Below are positions 9,436 to 15,853 of a stretch of 35,114 nt of DNA, piece by piece. The position numbers and the translations under genes were made by a program. A model generated the notes under the pieces. The model saw only the letters and a program-made list of their open reading frames with translations, had not been told where the DNA came from and made no database searches. Origin of the DNA: Eubacteriales bacterium (GTDB lineage: Bacteria > Bacillota > Clostridia > Oscillospirales > CAG-272); NCBI GenBank assembly GCA_045613265.1, contig JAZLAP010000257.1, forward strand, positions 1 to 35,114, written 5' to 3'. Every line of letters starts with the position of its first letter. The first letter of the stretch is position 1.

Positions 9436-10145
9436 ACATTTTTCCCGCTATTGACCTTTACGATAAAAAAGCCGTTCGCCTGTATAAAGGGGATTACAGC
9501 CAAATGACGGTTTACAGCGAGGATCCGGTATCGGTTGCTATGGAATTCAAGAATAAAGGCGCGGATTTCATACACGTTGTCGATCTTGAAGGAGCCAAGG
9601 ACGGAACAACGCCGAACATTGATGTGGTGGCTGCAATCGCCAAAAATTCCGGTCTGTTTGTTGAGATCGGTGGCGGCATTCGCTCCATGGAAACGCTTGC
9701 CCGTTATTTTGAGGCAGGCGTTGCACGCGCTATCCTCGGCACTGCCGCCGTGAACGACGAAGGCTTCCTCGCAGACGCCCTGGCTATGTACGGCGACAAG
9801 ATCGCCGTCGGCGCCGACGTCAAGGACGGACATATCGCCATCAAGGGGTGGCTTGAAACGTCTGCATACACCCTCGATGATTTTTTTGCTAAAATGCAAG
9901 AAATGGGCGTGAAAACGATCATTTGCACCGATATTTCAAAGGACGGCGCCATGCGCGGCACGAACCGTGAAATGTATCGGGCGTTGTCTATGCGCTACGC
10001 TATGAACATTGTGGCATCGGGTGGCGTTTCATCGCTTGAGGATGTTCGCGCTTTGCGTGCACTCGATTTGTACGGTGCCATTATCGGCAAGGCGTATTAT
10101 ACCGGCGACATTGATCTTGCAGAAGCGATAGAGGTAGCAAAATGA
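9432..10145 (+). CDS. hisA: 1-(5-phosphoribosyl)-5-[(5-phosphoribosylamino)methylideneamino]imidazole-4-carboxamide isomerase
   Basis: MNIFPAIDLYDKKAVRLYKGDY... The ATG at 9432 overlaps the hisH stop. Track start 9417 is rejected. Confidence 0.95.
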   Translation: MNIFPAIDLYDKKAVRLYKGDYSQMTVYSEDPVSVAMEFKNKGADFIHVVDLEGAKDGTTPNIDVVAAIAKNSGLFVEIGGGIRSMETLARYFEAGVARAILGTAAVNDEGFLADALAMYGDKIAVGADVKDGHIAIKGWLETSAYTLDDFFAKMQEMGVKTIICTDISKDGAMRGTNREMYRALSMRYAMNIVASGGVSSLEDVRALRALDLYGAIIGKAYYTGDIDLAEAIEVAK

Positions 10146-10900
10146 TTACAAAAAGAATAATCCCGTGTCTTGACGTCAAAAACGGGCGCGTTGTCAAGGG
10201 CGTCAATTTTTTAGGTCTTTCGGACGTCTCCTCTCCCGTCGACCTTGCAAAATTCTACTCCGAAGCAGGAGCAGACGAGCTTGTTTTTTACGATATTACC
10301 GCATCGAGCGAGGGACGTACGATTTTCACAGACATCTTAACCGAAGCTGCGAGATCTGTATTCATTCCGTTGACCGTGGGTGGCGGAATCAACACGCTTG
10401 ACGATTTTGACCGCGTTCTGAAATGCGGTGCTGATAAAGTCAGCGTCAATTCGGGTGCCATCCGCAACCCTGAGCACGTTTATCACGCCGCACAACGCTA
10501 CGGCAACCAGTGCGTGGTTTTATCTGCCGACGTAAAACGCGTGGACGGTGTCTTCCGCGTTTTTGCCAAGGGCGGCAGAGAAAATACGGGCATGGAAGCC
10601 ATATCCTGGATCCGAGAATGCGTTTCGATGGGTGCCGGCGAGGTCGTTGTCAATTCGATCGACACTGACGGTGTAAAAAACGGATTTGACATAGAGATGC
10701 TGCGGGCGGTTTGCGAGGCGGTAAACGTCCCTGTGATTGCTTCGGGCGGCGCAGGTAGCACACAGCATTTCATCGACCTGTTCCGGGAAATTCCGGATAT
10801 GGATGCGGCGCTTGCAGCATCCATATTCCACTTTGGCGAGATCGCCATTCACGATTTAAAAAATGAACTGCAACAAAACGGTATTACTGTGAGGGTATAA
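10142..10900 (+). CDS. hisF: imidazole glycerol phosphate synthase, cyclase subunit
   Basis: 252 aa. KRIIPCLDVKNGRVVKG, VGGGI, GADKVS.NS, SGGAG. ATGA overlap with hisA. Confidence 0.96.
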   Translation: MITKRIIPCLDVKNGRVVKGVNFLGLSDVSSPVDLAKFYSEAGADELVFYDITASSEGRTIFTDILTEAARSVFIPLTVGGGINTLDDFDRVLKCGADKVSVNSGAIRNPEHVYHAAQRYGNQCVVLSADVKRVDGVFRVFAKGGRENTGMEAISWIRECVSMGAGEVVVNSIDTDGVKNGFDIEMLRAVCEAVNVPVIASGGAGSTQHFIDLFREIPDMDAALAASIFHFGEIAIHDLKNELQQNGITVRV

Positions 10901-10904
10901 TAAC

Positions 10905-11555
10905 ATGATCAATATAGACGAACTGAAATTTGATGAAAAGGGGTTGATCCCCGCCGTCGTGGTGGATGCCATCACGCGCGACGTTCTTACGGTTGCATAC
11001 ATGAACCGTGAAAGCCTTGAAATTACGATGGAGAAGGGACTGACCTGCTTCTACAGCCGTTCGCGCAACGAGCTTTGGCTCAAGGGTGAGACGAGCGGAA
11101 ACTATCAGCATGTCGTGTCGATTACCGCCGATTGTGACAACGATGCCTTGACCGTCGTTGTCGAAAAGGACGGTCCTGCATGCCATACGGGAAGCGAAAG
11201 CTGCTTCACAAAGCCCGTCTATCAAAGCGAAGAGCTTCACGATTTCACCGTGGAAGGACTGTATACGCTTCTTCTCGGCAGAAAGTCGGAGATGCCGCAA
11301 GGCTCGTACACCACATATCTCTTTGAAAAGGGAATTGACAAGATCTTAAAAAAAGTCGGTGAGGAATGTACCGAGGTCATCATTGCAGGAAAAGCCGACG
11401 ACAAGAAGGAAACGGTATACGAGATTGCAGACCTCGCCTATCACGTAATGGTGCTGATGACGCAAATGGGCATTACCGTAGAGGACGTGAAGCGTGAGCT
11501 TGCTTCGCGGCATATCATCGACCACAAGGTCAAGCAGGAGAAAATGACAAAATAA
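10905..11555 (+). CDS. hisI: bifunctional phosphoribosyl-AMP cyclohydrolase / phosphoribosyl-ATP diphosphatase
   Basis: 216 aa. The N-terminal half is HisI-like (GLIPAVVVD, YSRSRNELWLKGETSGN, CDNDAL). The C-terminal half is HisE-like (SYTTYLF, KILKKVGEE, EIADLAYH). Confidence 0.93.
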   Translation: MINIDELKFDEKGLIPAVVVDAITRDVLTVAYMNRESLEITMEKGLTCFYSRSRNELWLKGETSGNYQHVVSITADCDNDALTVVVEKDGPACHTGSESCFTKPVYQSEELHDFTVEGLYTLLLGRKSEMPQGSYTTYLFEKGIDKILKKVGEECTEVIIAGKADDKKETVYEIADLAYHVMVLMTQMGITVEDVKRELASRHIIDHKVKQEKMTK

Positions 11556-12352
11556 TGCTGTCCACGTATCATTGCCATACAACCTATTGTGACGGAAAAA
11601 GCACGCCCAAAGAAATGATCGAAGCGGCGATTGCCGCGGGGTGCAAGGAAATCGGTTTTTCGGGACATGCGTACATGTCAAACCGTATAAGCGAAAGCTA
11701 TTGGATGTCGCGCGAGGGCACGCTTGCATATTTTTCCGAGCTTACCGAGCTGAAACGTATTTATGAAAACAAAATACGTATTTACATCGGTATCGAACAG
11801 GACTACTTTTCGGAACAAATCTCGCTTCCGTATGATTACGTGATCGGCTCCGTCCATTACATTGAGAAAAACGGCAATTTTCTTTCGGTCGACGATAGCC
11901 TTGAAATCACGAAAGCGAATATTGAAAAATATTACGCAGGCGACGTTGATGCATATGCCGAGGACTATTTTGCGCTCGTTGCCGATATATACGAAAAAAC
12001 GCATTGCAACATTATCGGTCACTTTGATCTGATCACCAAATTCGAGGAGGTGGAAAATCTTCTCGATGAAAGCGGTAAACGCTACACTGCCGCGGCAACG
12101 CGCGCCCTTTCAAAGCTGACCGAGACACCCGCTTTTTTTGAAATCAACACGGGCGCCATTTCACGCGGACACCGCACAACTCCGTATCCTTCACGGGAGA
12201 TTTGCAACATTTTGCAAAAAACAGGAAAACCGTTCGTCATCAACTCGGATGCGCATTCTGCGCAAAACGTCGTCGCTTTTTTGGCAGATGCCGAGGCGTA
12301 CTGTCTTTCTCATGGGTTGCCGTATATACGCTCTTTATCCGAAATACTTTAA
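11555..12352 (+). CDS. hisK: histidinol-phosphatase, PHP (HisJ/HisK) family
   Basis: 265 aa. PHP-domain metal motifs (YHCHTTYCDG, GFSGH, GSVH, IGHFD, NSDAH). TAATG overlap with hisIE. Completes the pathway because hisB is monofunctional. Confidence 0.85.
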   Translation: MLSTYHCHTTYCDGKSTPKEMIEAAIAAGCKEIGFSGHAYMSNRISESYWMSREGTLAYFSELTELKRIYENKIRIYIGIEQDYFSEQISLPYDYVIGSVHYIEKNGNFLSVDDSLEITKANIEKYYAGDVDAYAEDYFALVADIYEKTHCNIIGHFDLITKFEEVENLLDESGKRYTAAATRALSKLTETPAFFEINTGAISRGHRTTPYPSREICNILQKTGKPFVINSDAHSAQNVVAFLADAEAYCLSHGLPYIRSLSEIL

Positions 12353-12380
12353 AATGCAGAGACACCTCTGCATTTTTATT
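12351..12380 (+). terminator. intrinsic terminator of the his operon
   Basis: AAAATGCAGAG (12351-12361), ACAC loop, CTCTGCATTTT (12366-12376), followed by TATTTT. Confidence 0.65.
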
Positions 12381-12458
12381 TTGCCAAAATTTCTTTTCAA
12401 TTTTTAAAATCTCCCATTGGCATGTTAATATTTCACCAAAATACAAAAATATAACACA

Positions 12459-12487
12459 TTGTAATTTAGATTTAATAATGCTATAAT
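12459..12487 (+). promoter_or_regulatory. sigma-A type promoter with extended -10
   Basis: TTGTAA (12459-12464), 17-nt spacer ending in TGc, TATAAT (12482-12487). AAGGAG at 12507-12512 lies 7 nt before the ATG at 12520. Confidence 0.5.
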
Positions 12488-12519
12488 GTACGTGTATAAA
12501 ACAACCAAGGAGAGATTTT

Positions 12520-14034
12520 ATGAAAAAATTTTGCGTGTGGCTACTCATCCTTTCCATAACGGTGACCCTCGTCGCTTCGCTCTCAGCTTGCGGCGACGGT
12601 GATAATGGAAGCTCCTCTATGCAAAACGGAAGCGAAAGCACACCTCCCGAAAAAGCGTGGTACAGCGATCTTGATTTCGGTGGTGAGAAGCTGGTCATCA
12701 GTCAATCCATCAACGTTTGGGCGGGATGCCCGACAGTAGATAATGCCGAAAAATACACGCGCGGTCCCGAAGAAATCGGCAGCGATACCGTTCTCAATTT
12801 GTGCTATTCTCGCAATAAAGAGGCGAAGACCGCTCTCAATCTTCAAATTGAATACACTCCCGTAAATTACAAATTCGACGAAATCAACCCCTATATTGAC
12901 ACGCTTGCCGTAATGAACGGTAATAAAATCCCCGATCTTCTGATTAACGATGAATTTGCCCTTTCATCCGCGCAGTTGAAAGGACAGTTATACAACGTCA
13001 AGGATCAGTCCGAAGAGAATTATTTTAACTTTGAGCATGAAGCCTGGTATATGGATTATATGCTCGGCTTCACCATAGATCCCGAAAAGATCTACGGTCT
13101 AGGCAGCGACTATTTCTTCGACATCGTTCGCACGGCACGCGCTCTCTTTATCAACATTGAATTGTTTGAGGTGATGTGCGGCGAGCACTATGAGACCATC
13201 AATGATTTCTACAAAATGATAGAGAACGGCGATTGGACGTACACGGAGTTTGAAGATCTGATTCAAGCCGGCTGGAAATCCACGTCAGGTCAGGCATCGG
13301 CAGTGCTCGAAGATGAAATTATCGGCTTCCTCTTTACCTCGCAGGACGGCTATATGCAGGTCGTTCCGTCAAGCGGTGTTTCCATGATCGAAATGGGCAA
13401 TGAAGGGCGTTACATTGCAAAGGAAAACATCAGTGAGCTTTCCAGTTACATGCAAGCAGTAAACAGTCTTCTGCATACCGACGGTGTCGTACACGCCAAT
13501 CACAACAGCGAGGCCGATTTCCGCAAGATCTTTACCGAAAACGGCGCGCTTTTCTTAAACGGTTATTATCTTGGCGACCTTGAATTTCCATCCTTCTTTG
13601 CGATGGAAGAAAAATCGGTTATCGTATATCCGAAATGGAATGAAGCGCAGGAGCGTTACTATACGACGGTCCACGACTCCGCCGAGATCGGTTACATTAT
13701 GAAAAACACAGATAGCTTCACGCCTACCTCTGCATACCTACAGCTGCTTAGTGAAGAGAGCGTAAATATCATGAATGAATATTTTCTCAGCGTTCAGTAC
13801 AAATACAACACCGATCCCGAAGCAATCGGAATGCTGAATATCATCCGTGATACGATCTACCGTTCGCCTGAAATGTATGTGGCCGCCTATTCCGGAGCAA
13901 ATACGTTAAGTCTTGTAGCAGCCGCAGTAAAGGCAAACAATCCGCCGCAGGCGACCAATACCTATCAATCGAATTTGCCGAACTATCGTAGCAAGATAGC
14001 CGAACTGTACGAAAAATTTGAAGCTCTTGATTGA
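12520..14034 (+). CDS. lipoprotein resembling large family-1 extracellular solute-binding proteins; orphan, with no adjacent permease or ATPase
   Basis: 504 aa. Signal peptide plus lipobox LSAC followed by a Gly/Ser/Asp linker. Size and composition (e.g. DWTYTEFEDL) recall carbohydrate-type ABC substrate-binding proteins; this assignment is inference. Has its own promoter and terminator. Confidence 0.7.
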   Translation: MKKFCVWLLILSITVTLVASLSACGDGDNGSSSMQNGSESTPPEKAWYSDLDFGGEKLVISQSINVWAGCPTVDNAEKYTRGPEEIGSDTVLNLCYSRNKEAKTALNLQIEYTPVNYKFDEINPYIDTLAVMNGNKIPDLLINDEFALSSAQLKGQLYNVKDQSEENYFNFEHEAWYMDYMLGFTIDPEKIYGLGSDYFFDIVRTARALFINIELFEVMCGEHYETINDFYKMIENGDWTYTEFEDLIQAGWKSTSGQASAVLEDEIIGFLFTSQDGYMQVVPSSGVSMIEMGNEGRYIAKENISELSSYMQAVNSLLHTDGVVHANHNSEADFRKIFTENGALFLNGYYLGDLEFPSFFAMEEKSVIVYPKWNEAQERYYTTVHDSAEIGYIMKNTDSFTPTSAYLQLLSEESVNIMNEYFLSVQYKYNTDPEAIGMLNIIRDTIYRSPEMYVAAYSGANTLSLVAAAVKANNPPQATNTYQSNLPNYRSKIAELYEKFEALD

Positions 14035-14038
14035 TTGC

Positions 14039-14071
14039 AAGAAGCGCACTGTGATAGTGCGCTTCTTTTTT
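14039..14071 (+). terminator. intrinsic terminator
   Basis: AAGAAGCGCAC (14039-14049), 7-nt loop, GTGCGCTTCTT (14057-14067), then TTTT. Confidence 0.8.
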
Positions 14072-14167
14072 ACATATATTTCCTCATTTTTTGCACGGAT
14101 AAAATCTTCCAAAGCTTCAAATAATACCAATGTAAAATCCGCATACGCGGTGATACAAGGAGTAAAC

Positions 14168-14344
14168 ATGAAAGCTACAGGAATTGTAAGAAGAATAGAT
14201 GACCTCGGACGTGTCGTGATCCCGAAGGAAATACGCCGCACCATGCGTATCCGCGAGGGCGACCCTCTGCAGACAACATTGACACCGTTCGACAAGTTTT
14301 GCTGGGCGATACATAGTGCGGTAGAAAGAGCAAAAGCGAGGTGA
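14168..14344 (+). pseudogene. truncated, diverged copy of the spoVT 5' end (34 SpoVT/AbrB-domain codons plus 24 unrelated codons); status as remnant or micro-protein is unresolved
   Basis: MKATGIVRRIDDLGRVVIPKEIRRTMRIREGDPL equals residues 1-34 of the SpoVT encoded at 15028, with one V/D difference. AAGGAG at 14157-14162 lies 5 nt before the ATG. Similarity ends at codon 35. The stop lies inside the terminator hairpin of the convergent gene. Confidence 0.6.
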
Positions 14345-14358
14345 TTTTCACCTCGCTT
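14334..14358 (-). terminator. hairpin terminator serving the minus-strand lipoprotein gene
   Basis: AAGCGAGGTG (14334-14343), ATTTT loop, CACCTCGCTT (14349-14358). On the minus strand it is followed by TTTTGCTCTTTC; on the + strand the trailing sequence is T-poor. Confidence 0.6.
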
Positions 14359-14370
14359 GTTGTGGTTTGG

Positions 14371-14901
14371 TTATTCAGACTGATTAGTAATTGAAATATA
14401 ATAAAGAGTTTCATCGTTGGAATCCCAAATACCGATATTAAAACCATACCAGTTGTTTAAGTTGTTGTAATCGAAATCAAACTCGTCTTTATCCAAAGAA
14501 ACTCCACTTATGATAAATTGTCCTTCTTTGATATTATTAAATGCAAATTGTTCGTTTGCTCCACTTGATTTGAGCAAAGTTTTTATAGTGGTATTGTATG
14601 GGAGTGTGTTCCAGTTTTCTCTGTTTTCAATATCATTTTCGAACACATCTCCTGCGCCCTCTAAATCTATATATTTAATTGTCAAATCATTACCCTCTGG
14701 GTCAGTATAAGAATATATTGTTTTTATATCAGAGTCTGTTAAATCGTCTAAATCAATATTTAGGCATTCTTCTATCATTTCAATTTGTGATGTAAATTCC
14801 ATTCCAAACAGTTCTAAAACCGTTCCGCCTAAAAATTTATTACATCCAGCAAACAAAAATAAGGTTAATATAGCAATCAATATTGTCAATGCTTTTTTCA
14901 T
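14371..14901 (-). CDS. small acidic lipoprotein of unknown function, AT-rich gene
   Basis: 176 aa. MKKALTILIAILTLFLFAGC gives a signal peptide plus lipobox. About 30% G+C versus about 50% in the flanks. SD-like AGGCGGTGA upstream. I recognise no family. Confidence 0.8.
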   Translation of the reverse strand: MKKALTILIAILTLFLFAGCNKFLGGTVLELFGMEFTSQIEMIEECLNIDLDDLTDSDIKTIYSYTDPEGNDLTIKYIDLEGAGDVFENDIENRENWNTLPYNTTIKTLLKSSGANEQFAFNNIKEGQFIISGVSLDKDEFDFDYNNLNNWYGFNIGIWDSNDETLYYISITNQSE

Positions 14902-14921
14902 ATAATCACCGCCTTTATTTT

Positions 14922-14950
14922 ATTATAACATATTTCATTTCAAAAGTCAA
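14922..14950 (-). promoter_or_regulatory. sigma-A type promoter for the AT-rich lipoprotein gene
   Basis: The minus strand reads TTGACT (14950-14945), 17-nt spacer, TATAAT (14927-14922), 20 nt upstream of the ATG at 14901. Confidence 0.55.
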
Positions 14951-14958
14951 TTAGTGCA

Positions 14959-14987
14959 GTATAAATCTCCTTGCTTTGCAGATACTA
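14959..14987 (+). promoter_or_regulatory. candidate forespore-type (sigma-G/sigma-F-like) promoter of spoVT
   Basis: GTATA (14959-14963), 17-nt spacer, GATACTA (14981-14987). Compared with the B. subtilis sigma-G consensus GHATR-17/18-CATxHTA as I recall it. spoVT is sigma-G dependent in B. subtilis. Confidence 0.35.
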
Positions 14988-15020
14988 ACAGTACAAATCT
15001 GTCAAACAAGGAGATTTATA
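14960..15020. repeat. perfect 14-bp inverted repeat, TATAAATCTCCTTG / CAAGGAGATTTATA, separated by 33 nt
   Basis: The left arm (14960-14973) is the exact reverse complement of the right arm (15007-15020). The right arm contains the spoVT SD AAGGAG. The left arm overlaps the candidate -35. Confidence 0.85.
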
Positions 15021-15029
15021 TATATATAT
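15017..15029. repeat. (TA)6T dinucleotide run between the SD and the spoVT start codon
   Basis: TATATATATATAT read directly at 15017-15029. Its last two bases are the AT of the ATG at 15028. Confidence 0.9.
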
Positions 15030-15582
15030 GAAAGCAACAGGAATTGTTAGAAGAATCGACGATCTCGGACGTGACGTTATCCCCAAGGAGATCCGTCGCA
15101 CAATGCGAATCCGCGAGGGAGACCCGCTTGAAATTTACACGGACAGAGAAGGAGAAGTGATTTTCAAAAAATATTCTCCGATCGGCGAATTGCACGCCTT
15201 TGCCGCACAATATGCGGAAACCTTACAAAAAATTTGCGGCATGGCAGTGATCATCACCGACCGCGATGCAGTGATCGCTTCGGCAGGCGTAACGCGCAAG
15301 GAATACAGTGAGCGTAAAATATCCGAAGAGCTGGAAAATATCGTTGAGGGGAGAACACTGTACTCGCACAAGGCAGGCGCAAAGGAGATCGGTGTGATCG
15401 ACGACGGAGGCTCGCATTATATATCCTGCGCAATGCCGATCATCACCGAGGGTGACGTCATCGGTTCGGTTTGCTCGGTTCTTCGATTTGATGATACGGG
15501 AGAAAGCAAGCTGAATGACGAGGTTGAAACCAAGCTGATCCAAACGGCGGCATCCTTCCTCGGAAAGCAGCTGGAGAGCTGA
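15028..15582 (+). CDS. spoVT: stage V sporulation protein T (AbrB-type N-domain plus GAF-like C-domain)
   Basis: 184 aa. MKATGIVRRIDDLGRDVIPKEIRRTMRIREGDPLEIYTDREGEVIFKKYSPIGEL is near-identical to my recollection of B. subtilis SpoVT. Length and the C-terminal TAASFLGKQLE also match. Confidence 0.92.
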   Translation: MKATGIVRRIDDLGRDVIPKEIRRTMRIREGDPLEIYTDREGEVIFKKYSPIGELHAFAAQYAETLQKICGMAVIITDRDAVIASAGVTRKEYSERKISEELENIVEGRTLYSHKAGAKEIGVIDDGGSHYISCAMPIITEGDVIGSVCSVLRFDDTGESKLNDEVETKLIQTAASFLGKQLES

Positions 15583-15588
15583 AATTCG

Positions 15589-15616
15589 GGCACTTCCTAA
15601 CAGAAGTGCCTTTTTT
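15589..15616 (+). terminator. intrinsic terminator of spoVT
   Basis: GGCACTTC (15589-15596), CTAACA loop, GAAGTGCC (15603-15610), TTTTTT (15611-15616). Confidence 0.8.
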
Positions 15617-15620
15617 CATA

Positions 15621-15649
15621 TTGACAAACCGAAAGAATTGTGCTATAAT
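15621..15649 (+). promoter_or_regulatory. sigma-A promoter of the tRNA-Leu gene
   Basis: Exact TTGACA (15621-15626), 17-nt spacer ending in TGc, TATAAT (15644-15649), 11 nt before the tRNA 5' end. Confidence 0.7.
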
Positions 15650-15660
15650 CTCTAAGGCAT

Positions 15661-15743
15661 GCGGGTATGGCGGAACTGGCAGACGCGCCGGACTTAGGAT
15701 CCGGTGGGAAACCATGCAGGTTCGACCCCTGTTACCCGCACCA
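15661..15743 (+). tRNA. tRNA-Leu, anticodon UAG, class II with long variable arm, CCA encoded
   Basis: Hand-folded cloverleaf. Acceptor GCGGGTA/TACCCGC; 3-bp D stem GCG/CGC; anticodon stem CCGGA/TCCGG with loop CTTAGGA (anticodon TAG). 12-nt variable region, T loop TTCGACC, discriminator A, then CCA. Confidence 0.93.
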
Positions 15744-15775
15744 AAAAAATCCAAGCAGCTTGCTTGGATTTTTTC
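15744..15775. terminator. hairpin terminator after the tRNA, flanked by A and T tracts
   Basis: AAAAAATCCAAGCA - GCT - TGCTTGGATTTTTT. The stems are 15749-15757 and 15761-15769. Confidence 0.7.
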
Positions 15776-15853
15776 TTTATCCGTTGCCGGTTATATATCG
15801 CTTTGCAAAGGCGGAATTTTTCAGCTATCGCGTATTTCACTGAAACTGCTTTT

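Noticed and set aside
12138-12698. Short ORFs (12138-12407 +, 12202-12486 +, 12240-12698 -) crossing the hisK / lipoprotein intergenic region.
   Set aside because: They span the his terminator and the downstream promoter, overlap real genes out of frame, and have no SD.
14018-14167. The upstream extension of the spoVT-fragment ORF, as the track reports it (14018-14344, 108 aa).
   Set aside because: The extension begins inside the preceding gene's last codons and reads through its terminator hairpin (14039-14071). The SD AAGGAG sits just before the internal ATG at 14168, where SpoVT homology begins.
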